Positions 39,830 through 50,700 of a stretch of DNA of 64,000 nt are shown one piece after another; the first letter of the stretch is position 1; every line of letters begins with the position of its first letter. A model generated the notes under the pieces. It saw only the letters and a program-made list of their open reading frames with translations, did not search any database and had not been told where the DNA came from. The DNA is from a virus. The position numbers were made by a program, and so were the translations under genes. Where the stretch lies: the IMG/VR virus record IMGVR_UViG_3300045988_109391; one strand, 5' to 3'.

Positions 39830-40795
39830 ATGTCACTTCCAACTTTTAACTTTTTATATATTAAAGCTGGTACAGGTAAAACTGGTACAAGTGGTGATAG
39901 ATTAGAACAAGACTGGAAATATAACTTTGATTTAATAAAATCTTTGCTATCTGATGTAGACTTAGATTTAAGCAAAAAGATTACTTCTAATGAAATACAA
40001 CAAATAAAAGTAGAAGATGGTATTGCTTACTTTACTACTGATAATGGAGCTTCTTGGACATCACTAGGCCCTAGCTTTGCTAATTTAGCTGGTAACCCAG
40101 ATGATAATGCAGCTTTAGTAGAAAAATTTAGAAATTATACTACTTTGGTAGATTTTACAGCGTTAGCTGATAGAACTACCCAAGCTGAGAACAATATATC
40201 TATCTTGCAAACTACTACTGAACTATTAAGCACAGATGTAGATTTATTAAAAACTGAAGTTGAAGACCCTGCTACTGGTGTAATAGCTAGAGTAGTTACT
40301 TTAGAGAAAGATATGAAGCAAAAAATAACTAGTAAATCAGTAGTAGAAATAAGAGAAAGAGCAGAAGGCTTATTAGAGTACACAGATGATGGAACAAACT
40401 GGCATCCAGTCGCAGCCGCTACTGGAGTAGAATGGGGAGAAATTTTAGGAGATATAAACAATCAAGCAGATTTAAAATTATTATTTGATAATATGAATGA
40501 CTTAATTACTCAATTAAATACTTCTTTAAGCCAAACTTCTGCAGATTTAACAGAGCATACTTCTAATTATGATAATCCTCATAATGTAACTCCTGAACAG
40601 CTAGGCCTAGGGAGCGTAGATAATACACCTGACGCAGATAAACCTGTATCTACACCTCAACAAGTAGCTATTAATCAAGCAGCATCTTCTGCAGCTTCTG
40701 GATTAAAGATAGTAGCTTTAACTAAAGCTCAGTACGAAGCATTGACTACAAAGGATGCAACTACTAATTATAGAATAATAGATATAAATCAATAG
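39830..40795 (+). CDS. tail fibre protein
   Basis: Coiled-coil repeats plus the fibre motif NPHNVTPEQLGLGSVDNTPDADKPVS. Confidence 0.6.
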   Translation: MSLPTFNFLYIKAGTGKTGTSGDRLEQDWKYNFDLIKSLLSDVDLDLSKKITSNEIQQIKVEDGIAYFTTDNGASWTSLGPSFANLAGNPDDNAALVEKFRNYTTLVDFTALADRTTQAENNISILQTTTELLSTDVDLLKTEVEDPATGVIARVVTLEKDMKQKITSKSVVEIRERAEGLLEYTDDGTNWHPVAAATGVEWGEILGDINNQADLKLLFDNMNDLITQLNTSLSQTSADLTEHTSNYDNPHNVTPEQLGLGSVDNTPDADKPVSTPQQVAINQAASSAASGLKIVALTKAQYEALTTKDATTNYRIIDINQ

Positions 40796-40811
40796 AAAGG
40801 AGAGATATAAA

Positions 40812-41372
40812 ATGCCATCTGTTTGCACATTAAAAGCTCGACAGAGACAAATGCTGGAATTTATGGAAGACGCAAAAGCTTATAGATTTATAGCTTTAGG
40901 AAGAAGTACAGCTTGGCCAGATGATATACATCCGCCAGTTCCAGATGATAAAAAACAAGAACTAGAAGAATTAATAGGACTACAAAGAGTAGATTACTAT
41001 AAATACGCTAAAGTAATTCCTAACCCAACTACTTTAGACAAGAGAGTTGGAGTATATTATAAAGGATTATACTATAACGTAACCCAAGATGTAAACATAG
41101 CTATAGCAGAAGGTTATACAGATGTAATGATAGGAATAACATTTGATAGAGATACTTGTCCTGCTATACCAGTTGGAGTAGCGTTTAGACAGTTAGGATT
41201 ATATGACTCTGTAACTGCAACTCCAGACGAAATAAAATACGGAATAACTGCAGCTCAATGGGCTAATAAGCCAGCTTCTGAAAAAGGAACACTTGTGTTT
41301 ATTGACAACAGAAGTCCGATAGTAAGAGCAGACGACCAAATCGAAGTCGTATATACATTAATCTCATTTTAG
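40812..41372 (+). CDS. virion-module hypothetical protein
   Basis: AAGGAG RBS; 186 aa. Confidence 0.45.
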   Translation: MPSVCTLKARQRQMLEFMEDAKAYRFIALGRSTAWPDDIHPPVPDDKKQELEELIGLQRVDYYKYAKVIPNPTTLDKRVGVYYKGLYYNVTQDVNIAIAEGYTDVMIGITFDRDTCPAIPVGVAFRQLGLYDSVTATPDEIKYGITAAQWANKPASEKGTLVFIDNRSPIVRADDQIEVVYTLISF

Positions 41373-41478
41373 AGTATTAGAGTACCAATAACTTCATAAA
41401 TATCAATTAAAATATTAATAATATTTCTTGGTCTAACTTTAATAAATATTTAAGATATTATTAGAAAGGAGAAAATAA

Positions 41479-43551
41479 ATGATAGACTGGAAAAAACTAG
41501 ATGTAAATACAAATACCAGGCAATTAATAGAGAATTTTAATACTAATGCTTATGGCTCTGAGTTTATAGACCATGTAGTTGGAACTATTATGAATAACGG
41601 TTTATTATTTACTGGAAAAGAAACCGTAGAAGGTGCATTAGTATTTCCACTTAAAAAGGTAGACTTGTCTGGAGTAGTTCAATCTAATACTATATTTGAT
41701 AACATTAGAATGTATTTCAGAGAAGATGATGAAGTAGTAGAATTGAATGAATTTCCTGTAGATTTAACTTTATTCAATGATAACTTGCCTCATTTTTTGT
41801 ATTTCAAAAAAGATAGAACATATAGAGTTTCCGATTATATGTTTGGTCAAGCTGATGAAGTACTTATTTGTAGATTTATAATAAACAAAGATAGTACTTG
41901 GAACCAAATGTATATCATGGCTCAAAGAGCTGGAACTCCAAATTACTATGCTGGAGAAGAGTTCTATAATGTAGAAGGAATATATTTAAAGAGCCCTGGC
42001 GGATTAGAAATATCTCATGCAGAAGGTAATGTAAAACGTAGTGCTATAGAGTTTAACGACCCATATAGCCCAGATATGCATAGAGATTATTCTAACGCTA
42101 TAACTAGAATGCCAGTAAGATATACTGATTTAAGAAATCAAATAGATTATAACTTAGAACCAGCATATAATTTAGACCCAAATCATTACATGTCTTATGA
42201 TGAAAATTCTAAGAAAAAATATAATGCTCAAGAAAGAATAAGAAATTTATTTAATGCTTCTTATAATATTATAAAGTATTCTAATGAAGCTGCTGATAGT
42301 TTAAAACATGCTATGACTATTACTACTGAGCAAAAGGATTTAAAAGCTATAGTTCAATCATACTTAAATTACACAAATAGTATTTATATTATGGCTGGTG
42401 AATTAGCTTCTTATTTGAATAATAATGATTGCTTTAAATCTATAGATTTGAAAAGACTAAATAGTAATATTACTGCATATACCAATTATGTAAACACTAA
42501 AATAAATTTATCAGTAGTTACTGGAGCTGTAGTAACAGCTATTAGAGATTGTGCATATCTTGTAGAAGTTGGAAAGCCTACAGTATGTGCAGACCCATTA
42601 AAATCAGTGTTAAATACTTTAGAAAATGAAATTGCCAAACTAACTATAAGCCCAGGAAAACTATATGATGTTCCAGAAGGAAAATTCACTATTCAAAGGG
42701 TTTTATGGGACATATATGAAGATTGCTTTATTCTTCAATACGGAGATACTTTGTTTGATAACTTAGATGCAGCTTTAGAGATGGTAGCCGAAGTACTATA
42801 CCCAGTTCCTTTTGGAAGATTAATGTACATTCCACTAGGACTATTTGTAGTAAAACAAGGATGTACAGATATTAATAAAGATGATGAAAGCATTCTTATA
42901 AGTAAGAAATCTACTTACGCAGATAGCTCACAAGAAGATTTTGCAGATTACGTTGCAAGAGCAATGGCATCTAAAGCTTTAAAATACATATATGAAATAC
43001 TTGATGGAACTACTGCAGTAGGAAAAGCAGACTCACTAAAACATACTGATTTAGCTACTGGAACTAAGACAGAATATGATGATGGAGATTTCTTTTTAAA
43101 TTATGATAACTTAAGAAATAAAATAACTGTAGTAAATAACTTAACCACAAATATTCATGACTCTAAGAAAGCTTTATCAGCTTATCAAGGCTATGTATTA
43201 AATCAAAATAAATTAGCAAGAGATGGAAGTCAGCCAATGACTGGAACTTTACAAGCTCAAACAATAACTCCAGTTACAAACAATACATATAATTTAGGCT
43301 CTTCAGATTTAAGATGGAAAAATATTTATTCTAAAGGATTAGATGTAGATGGCTCAGCTACTATATCTGGAAATACTACTATAAAAGGTGGCTTGACTGT
43401 TTCTGGAGAATTAAAATCATCTGATGGTGGAAAATACGTAGTGACTGGTCCAACAGCATTTACAGCTGTAAGATTAGAAGCTAATTCTAAAGCTACTATA
43501 GAGAGTAATTGGAGTAAATTCCAAAACGGAACAGTAGCAGTATGTTGGTAG
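41479..43551 (+). CDS. tail fibre / receptor-binding protein
   Basis: 690 aa. C-terminal DGSQPMTGTLQAQ..LGSSDLRWKNIY motif typical of fibre shafts. Confidence 0.55.
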   Translation: MIDWKKLDVNTNTRQLIENFNTNAYGSEFIDHVVGTIMNNGLLFTGKETVEGALVFPLKKVDLSGVVQSNTIFDNIRMYFREDDEVVELNEFPVDLTLFNDNLPHFLYFKKDRTYRVSDYMFGQADEVLICRFIINKDSTWNQMYIMAQRAGTPNYYAGEEFYNVEGIYLKSPGGLEISHAEGNVKRSAIEFNDPYSPDMHRDYSNAITRMPVRYTDLRNQIDYNLEPAYNLDPNHYMSYDENSKKKYNAQERIRNLFNASYNIIKYSNEAADSLKHAMTITTEQKDLKAIVQSYLNYTNSIYIMAGELASYLNNNDCFKSIDLKRLNSNITAYTNYVNTKINLSVVTGAVVTAIRDCAYLVEVGKPTVCADPLKSVLNTLENEIAKLTISPGKLYDVPEGKFTIQRVLWDIYEDCFILQYGDTLFDNLDAALEMVAEVLYPVPFGRLMYIPLGLFVVKQGCTDINKDDESILISKKSTYADSSQEDFADYVARAMASKALKYIYEILDGTTAVGKADSLKHTDLATGTKTEYDDGDFFLNYDNLRNKITVVNNLTTNIHDSKKALSAYQGYVLNQNKLARDGSQPMTGTLQAQTITPVTNNTYNLGSSDLRWKNIYSKGLDVDGSATISGNTTIKGGLTVSGELKSSDGGKYVVTGPTAFTAVRLEANSKATIESNWSKFQNGTVAVCW

Positions 43552-43561
43552 GAGGTGTAGC

Positions 43562-44491
43562 ATGCCTAGTATAGAAGTTTATGGTTCAAGTACATATGGT
43601 TCACATGATAAAATTTGGCATAAAGGTAAAAATACTTCATTCAATACTGTTATGGAAGGTGTCGCTACTCTTACTGCTAATGCATCTGGAGGAGTTATAT
43701 CAGGCTCAGTTACTGGTGCTTATACTAAAATGATTAATAGTGGTTGGTATAATTACCCAATAACAGTAAATGTTTTAGTAAACGGCTCAATTGCAGCATC
43801 TGTAACTACTAATGTAAGTTTAAATGGAAGAGGTAAGATAGCTTATTTGAATGGTCCTACTTTTTCTATAAGCTATGACTCAGCTAAAACTATCCAAGTA
43901 GAATATGCTTGCGGTCAAACTGGAGGATGTACTCAACTTACTTTTAGGCCGTTAGTTGGTAGTATATATTTTGGAGACCCAGACACTCCTCCAACTAATA
44001 TTACTGGAGGAAGAGTATACAATCAAAATGGAGTGGTAAATGGAGATGATAAACCAGACTGGGATTTCTATGTAGATTGGTGGGGAGAGAGTGCAGGAAC
44101 TCATACAATAAACTATTATAATTTAGACATTTACAATGCTGCTGATTTGAACAACCAAGTAGCTGTAGTAGAAAACGTAAAGAAATTTACTAGATATAAC
44201 TTTGAGTCTTTATTACCAAAATGTAAAGTAGGAGAAACTTACGCATTTTATGTAAATGCTTTAATAGATAATTCTTACTGGCTTGGAAAAGTTTATATAG
44301 GTTCTATTAAGCTTTATAAAGATGGAATAGTTTGGGTTAAGAATTACTCTAATGGCTCTAAAGTAGAAGCTACGATGGCATATAATAAATATTATACTGA
44401 TGGCTCTAAAAAGAAATCTAGATATATTCTCGTTAAAGATATTAGTGGAGCTAAAAGAATAATAGATATGTATACAACTCACTATGAGTAA
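43562..44491 (+). CDS. virion-module hypothetical protein
   Basis: GGAGG RBS; 309 aa. Confidence 0.45.
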   Translation: MPSIEVYGSSTYGSHDKIWHKGKNTSFNTVMEGVATLTANASGGVISGSVTGAYTKMINSGWYNYPITVNVLVNGSIAASVTTNVSLNGRGKIAYLNGPTFSISYDSAKTIQVEYACGQTGGCTQLTFRPLVGSIYFGDPDTPPTNITGGRVYNQNGVVNGDDKPDWDFYVDWWGESAGTHTINYYNLDIYNAADLNNQVAVVENVKKFTRYNFESLLPKCKVGETYAFYVNALIDNSYWLGKVYIGSIKLYKDGIVWVKNYSNGSKVEATMAYNKYYTDGSKKKSRYILVKDISGAKRIIDMYTTHYE

Positions 44492-44511
44492 ATTATAAAG
44501 GAGGAAATTTT

Positions 44512-44934
44512 ATGATAAGCTTTAAAGCAGATGTAGATTTAGATAATGGAGCTAAAGCTACAGAATTTATTATTAGTAACTTAAATATTTCTACTAATGA
44601 AATTATAGCAATTGTAGAAGGATTTGTTAATGAAGATAAGAAAAAAGAGTCTTTCAAAAAATCTGACTTAATAAAAGAACAAGCTAAAGTTGCACAAGAA
44701 TTTCAAGAGCTAAGTCAAAATTCAGAAGAAATGACAGAGGAGAAGAGACTTAGATTAGTAGAACTTCAAGATATTGTAAATACAATGTATGAAGAAATAA
44801 CTAAATTATTAGACCATAACGAATTTGTAGTATTCAAGAAAAGTTATCATATTCCATATGTAGAGAAGATAACTTCAGAATATTTAATAGAAGAAATAAT
44901 GAAGCAAAAGGAATTTAATACGAAAGGAGAATAG
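44512..44934 (+). CDS. hypothetical protein (possible fibre assembly factor)
   Basis: AGGAGG RBS; acidic helical protein of 140 aa. Confidence 0.35.
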   Translation: MISFKADVDLDNGAKATEFIISNLNISTNEIIAIVEGFVNEDKKKESFKKSDLIKEQAKVAQEFQELSQNSEEMTEEKRLRLVELQDIVNTMYEEITKLLDHNEFVVFKKSYHIPYVEKITSEYLIEEIMKQKEFNTKGE

Positions 44935-44939
44935 TATAA

Positions 44940-47505
44940 ATGATTGATATACTTGGAGACAAACGTGTATTAGATTACTTAGTAACAGAGGGTGGTACGT
45001 CTACTGCACGTACTATTTCTTTATATAAAGTAACTTCTTTAAGTGAATTAACTAATTTTATAGTACTAGTAAAAGCTAGTTCAGCAGGACAAGCTGCAGC
45101 TACTACTATTAAAATAAACAATTTAGACGCTAAGTCTTTAAAATTAAATGTTAATGGGGCAAAAGTTACACCAGATTATGAATGGGTTGGAGCAGGAGAA
45201 ATCTATGCTTTAACATATGATGGTGAAGACTTTGTTGCATTTCCAATAAATAGTAAATCTAGCTCTCCCTCTACTAGCTCAGAATTTTTTGACATACCAG
45301 AAGAAATTGTTAACTTAACTACGTCATCTACAGCAGAAGAGATAGCTACAGCTTTAGGCGGTAATGACTATGAGCAATTGATGGTATCTGCTATAGCAAA
45401 TAATGTTCCTTGTAGAGTAACAGGTTCTGAAGGTTCAGCTAGTGGTTTTTATATTGTAATACGACAAGACGATGTTAATAGTAGTGATGCCAGTTATCAA
45501 GAATTGTATATAGTTTGTAGTGTAGAGCCAAATAATATTATTAATGAGACTACGGGCGAAGCTACACGGTACATTAATAGTTTTTATTATTAAGCTAGAA
45601 GTAAATAGAGAAACTTATCTTTATACTAAGGTAAATAAAACTTATTTAGTTGGAGTAGGCGCAGGCTCAACTGCAGATGCAGCTACTAAACAATATGTAG
45701 ATGACCATACTGCAGAAACTATTTTAACTACTGGAGTAAATTCATTTACATATACAATATATAACTGGGATGGAGTAAGCTCAGTTTCTGCAGAAGATTA
45801 TGAGAATTGGGTTACTAATGCAGAAAAAGCTTTAATATATAATGAGAATGAGCAAAGACACTATGCTATATCTAAGAGAGATGTATATATGGGTTCAGAT
45901 ATTGGCACTGTAAGTTATCTTTTCTTAATAGGAGATATAGTTGGATTTGAACCTAAATATGATAGTGACCATAAAGCAACTAGCGTTGGATTAAAATCTA
46001 CAATGTATCAAATACAACCCAATGGAAGTTTTAGAAAAATTGTATCTAGAAATGCAGATACTTCTGACGCTGGAGTAGAAGAATTAACCTTTGTACCTGC
46101 GTCTTACTTTAAAACTGAAGTGTCTAATTTAACCTCTATTGGAGCATATGCTAGAAAATCTGTGACAGAGTATAATATTGATAGTCCGAATGATGTTGTT
46201 AATAGTACTACATATGTAAAAAATTATTATTGCACTAGAAAATCTGACTCTTCGGTTACTGAACTTGGAACAATGCCATTCGCTGAAGGAAACTTCTACT
46301 TAGTAACTAAATTCATCGGTTTAAATAGTGGAAACTCCCCAATGTTATATCAAGAAGCTACTCCACTAGCTAGTAATAATTATAATAGAAATAATACTCT
46401 TAAAAGAATGTGTTCTTGTGCTTTAGATGAAGGAGCATTTTCATTTTATTGGACTCCTTGGTATGGTCCTTTAGAAGAAGCTTATTATGACATCGGTTAT
46501 CTACAAAAAGAAGATGCTAAAGAATATTATTATAAGAAAAAAGGAAGAGAATATACTTGTTCTGACAATATAGGTTATACAGGAACTCCAAACTCTAACA
46601 ATTTAAAATATGCTTTAGAGCTTAGAAATCCTGATACTACTAGATTAGTAACATTTGCTTTAGTTAATAAATATCTTAAGTCTAATACTATAGAAGAAAG
46701 TAATAGTGAAACATCATATAGAGGAGATGAGTTTGCTTCTTTATCATTAACTAATGCAATAGCTGGAAACAATAAAATAATTTCAGGAGAAGCTACTAGT
46801 GCTACTATTACTTGCTACTCATATAATTTAACTTCTCTTAAAGTTATTTGGAATATATATAATTCATCTGGTGGAGTATCTAGCCAAGAAACAGTAGATG
46901 TAACTCCAAGTTCTTTCACTACGGGAGATGCAGAGTCTTATGACGTATCATTTACATTTAATAACATTGGAATAGGAAAGTTGTACGTTACCGGAACTAC
47001 TAGCTCTGGCGAAACTTATGAGTCAGCAGGACAATCATTTGAAGTAATTCAAGGTGGAGAAGTATGCTTTACAGGAGATACCCCAATATTAACCTCATCT
47101 GGATTAGTTAACATACAAGATTTAAAAGTAGGAGATAAAGTAATATCATATAATGAAGAAACTAAGCAGAATGAAGAGAAAGCTATTACTAATATAAAAT
47201 CGCATGAAGAATACGATTTATATTATATAATTACTCGTACAGATACAGTAAGATGCACTTATGACCATCCATTCTATATAAAAGACCAAGGAAAAGTTTT
47301 ATCTAGAAATCTAAGAGCTGGAGATATCTTAATAGATAAAGATGGTAATGAAAGAAGAATACAATCTATTGCTTACTCGATAGACGATACTGAAACCGTA
47401 TATGATATTGCAGTAGAAGGCAATAATACTTATTACGCAGGTAAAGATAGCATATTAGTATATACAGAGGATGTAACTAAAAATAAGTTTAAGGAGGAAG
47501 AATGA
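44940..47505 (+). CDS. large fibre-like protein with a C-terminal Hint (intein-like) domain; needs a +1 shift at in-frame CGG 45567-45569
   Basis: ORFs 44940-45593 and 45544-47505 join as ..TGEAT-GTLIVFIIKLEV.. The second ORF has no RBS. Hint block CFTGDTPILTSSG starts at 47065. Confidence 0.6.
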
Positions 47506-48306
47506 TGAGTGAACAAGTCTTTGGATGTTTAAAATCTCCAAAAGATATAAGAGACTTTAGAGTATGCCTGAAGTCTACTAATATAGAAACTTTGCCTGAA
47601 AGTTTTCAGCTGGCTAAGTCTCATATAAAAGACCAAGGAAAAGTAAATTCTTGCGTAGCTCATGCTCTATCAAGCATGATGGAGATAAACGATAGAAATA
47701 ATTATTCTACAGAGTGGATTTATGGCTATAGACCAGAAGGCTATTACCAAGGAGAAGGAATGTACCCAAGAGAAGCTTTAAAAACATTAGCAAATAAAGG
47801 AGCTATATTAAACACCATACTACCTCAGAATGTAGAAATACCAGAAGCTAAGTCTATAGTAGATAGTAAGTTGTCAGAGTACGAAATTTTAGCTAAAGGA
47901 AGAGAAATATTAGCATATGCTAAATTAAATAATGAAGCTGAGATAAAGAACTGGCTATTTACTAAAAATACAGCTGTTCCAATTTCTATAGCTACTACAA
48001 AGATAGAATTAGATGCTAATAATATTATACTTATACCAGATAAATACCCTGACTCTGGTCATATGATGCTAATTATAGGATGGAATAAATTTGGCTTTAT
48101 AGTACAAAATAGTTGGCGGAAGTCTTTGGGGAAATAATGGTTCTGCTATATTACCTTATGAATATGAAATACAAGAAGCCTGGGCAGTATCATTCAAAGA
48201 TTACACTAAAGAAACTCAAGAAACAAATATTAAAAAACCTTCACTAAGCTTTATTAGAAATTTACTCGTCTATCTTCTAAAGCTTTTGTTTAAACAAAAT
48301 AAATAA
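47502..48306 (+). CDS. papain-like (C1) cysteine peptidase; needs a +1 shift at in-frame CGG 48117-48119
   Basis: QGKVNSCVAHA (Cys), GHMMLIIGW (His). Skipping C48117 restores the family hallmark QNSW-GSLWGNNG and extends the ORF to TAA 48304-48306. Confidence 0.7.
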
Positions 48307-48321
48307 TTATATATTAAACAT

Positions 48322-48350
48322 AAGAGAGTGGCTTAAAAGTCATTCTCTTA
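48322..48350 (+). terminator. terminator hairpin
   Basis: aagaga..tctctt stem directly after the extended peptidase stop. Confidence 0.45.
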
Positions 48351-48440
48351 ACTATTGTTTAGAAATCTTAATATGTAAAGCTTTGAATATATTATATTAG
48401 GAAGAAAAATTTTATAGTAATTTTAAGGAGGATGAAGCTA

Positions 48441-48854
48441 ATGGCTTTAGATAAAAGTATTATTTTAAATAATGGCATAGAAGCTAGATATCATAGAATA
48501 AAAGAAATTCATTTGAATTTTTTAGAAGACTATTCAGTGATGCTAGTAGATAGTTATGTAAGTAAAGAAATAAGAGATACTCAAAAAGAGATTAAAACTT
48601 TAGAAGAAAATATTAACACATACTTAGAGAAATATGAAAAAGCAATAGATAACAATGATGATGAGTTAGCTCATTCAATAGAAGAAAAACTAAGAACTCT
48701 TACTGATAAACATCAAGAAGATATATCTAAGAACTTTATAGCTAATCAAACTTCAATAGAATTTGAAAATAGCTTAGAGGAAGATGTTTCTATATCTAAT
48801 TTCTACAAGTTATTAACTAAGTTTGATGAGTTTAAAAAAGCAAAGAAGGTGTAG
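48441..48854 (+). CDS. hypothetical protein
   Basis: ATG 48441 after AAGGAGG. Confidence 0.45.
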   Translation: MALDKSIILNNGIEARYHRIKEIHLNFLEDYSVMLVDSYVSKEIRDTQKEIKTLEENINTYLEKYEKAIDNNDDELAHSIEEKLRTLTDKHQEDISKNFIANQTSIEFENSLEEDVSISNFYKLLTKFDEFKKAKKV

Positions 48855-48855
48855 T

Positions 48856-49476
48856 ATGAAAACTATTTCTAAAATTGCTAACGCCTTATCTGGAAGTTAT
48901 ATAGAATTAAATTCAAAAATACTTTACCTAAATAGAGATAGAGTGTTAGCTTTGCATGTAGTTGTAAATTTTTCTACTTCTGAAAATGTAATAGAAAACC
49001 AGCATCCAGAGCTATACAGAGTTAGATTAACTCATAATTCTCAAGATGTAGTTTTGAATGAAACTTTAGAAGTAAATACTACTTTAGGTGGAAAATATGA
49101 GTATAGCGTAGATGTTCCAATGAATAATTTACAAACAGAAGCTCATTTATTTAAGTTAGAACTTTTAGGAGATAGCCAATCTAAATATACTTATATAGAA
49201 GATTTAGAAACTATAGAACCATTAAAACAAAGTAAAATAAAAATAGAATTAATTCATGATAGAACTGGCAAAGTTCATAAGCTAACTTATAGCACTAACT
49301 CTACTATGCCAGTTTATTTAAAACAAAATAATGATAATTGGAAGAGATTAGAAGATAGTTTTACTATAAGAGAAGACGGACTACAAGGAAAAATAAATTA
49401 CTTTCAAGCATATACTTTAGATGATGAAAATCAAAGAGTATATTCAAATGTAATTAGAATAGTAAAAGATGATTAG
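48856..49476 (+). CDS. hypothetical protein
   Basis: ATG 48856 within track ORF 48823-49476. Confidence 0.45.
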   Translation: MKTISKIANALSGSYIELNSKILYLNRDRVLALHVVVNFSTSENVIENQHPELYRVRLTHNSQDVVLNETLEVNTTLGGKYEYSVDVPMNNLQTEAHLFKLELLGDSQSKYTYIEDLETIEPLKQSKIKIELIHDRTGKVHKLTYSTNSTMPVYLKQNNDNWKRLEDSFTIREDGLQGKINYFQAYTLDDENQRVYSNVIRIVKDD

Positions 49477-49544
49477 CGAGAATGACTCTAGAGACATTTT
49501 TATACATTAGTTAATATAAATTATTGTATTCAGGAGGAATACTT

Positions 49545-50633
49545 ATGATAGATATGTTAGGAAATAATAGAATTTTAGATAAAGTAACTACAGAGTCTGG
49601 TACAGCTAATGCAAGAACTTTATCTTTATATGGAGTAAGCTCACTGTCTAACTTAGTGAATTTTTATGTTTTAGTAAGAGCTTCTATAACTGGACAAGCT
49701 GGAACTACTACAATAAAAGTAAATGAATTAGCTACAGGACCATTAAAGATAATGAAGAATGGAATACTAGTAGACCCTGAAGATAACTGGGTAGCAGTTG
49801 GTCAGCTATATATGTTAACTTATGATGGAACTCAATTTATAGCATTTCCATTCAATGAGAAATCAGACACAAATTCAGACATTAAAACTCTTATAGTAGG
49901 ACCTGCTTTTATAAATTTAACTACGTCATCTACAGCAGAAGAGATAGCTACAGCTTTAGGTGGAGCAGATGCAGAACAAGATTTTATAAATGCTCTATCT
50001 GGAGATTTTAATATACTACTTAATTATACAGGCGGGGAAACAGAAGTAAATACTAAATTTCCGATGTTTAATTACTGGAATATTTTAAATGAAGATGGAA
50101 CTGCAAGACTTGACTCATTTATATTTATATACTCTGCACCAACTTTTAATTATGATGCTAATACTTATAATCTAAACATGTATTTTGCAGTTTATTTAAA
50201 CTTAGATTTAGCTACAAATAAGTATACATCAGTAGCAGCTAGCTATAATAATGTTATTAAGATAGCTCCAGACACTTGCTATACTGAGTCAAAAGAACTT
50301 ACTTCATTAGCAGATTTTAGTAATTATAGCTCTATGTATAATTGTTTTACAGCTAATTTTACTACTATAGCTGCTAACGACAAAATTACTTTGCCAACAG
50401 CTGATAGTGATAAATTTTATTTAGCTATAAATGAGTATTTTATATACACAACTTTAGATATAAATTTAGCTAATAATTTAGGTGATAGCACTAAAAACTA
50501 CAGTGTATATGTGCCAGATAAATGGCCTAACACTTTACCTGCTGGTGATACTTTCTTGTATCATATAAAACTGATAGGAGATAAATGGTGCTGGTCTAGA
50601 GCAGTTGTAAGTTCTTTACCACAGCTTGGTTAA
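49545..50633 (+). CDS. fibre-like protein, paralogue of the N-terminus of 44940-47505
   Basis: Alignable N-terminal 150 aa (MIDxLGxxRxLD..TTIKxNxL..LTYDGxxFxAFP..LTTSSTAEEIATALGG). Confidence 0.55.
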   Translation: MIDMLGNNRILDKVTTESGTANARTLSLYGVSSLSNLVNFYVLVRASITGQAGTTTIKVNELATGPLKIMKNGILVDPEDNWVAVGQLYMLTYDGTQFIAFPFNEKSDTNSDIKTLIVGPAFINLTTSSTAEEIATALGGADAEQDFINALSGDFNILLNYTGGETEVNTKFPMFNYWNILNEDGTARLDSFIFIYSAPTFNYDANTYNLNMYFAVYLNLDLATNKYTSVAASYNNVIKIAPDTCYTESKELTSLADFSNYSSMYNCFTANFTTIAANDKITLPTADSDKFYLAINEYFIYTTLDINLANNLGDSTKNYSVYVPDKWPNTLPAGDTFLYHIKLIGDKWCWSRAVVSSLPQLG

Positions 50634-50700
50634 TGTACTAAGAATAAATTATCTTAGCTTATATATTATAATAGGAAATAAAAATTTAGGAGGAATTATA

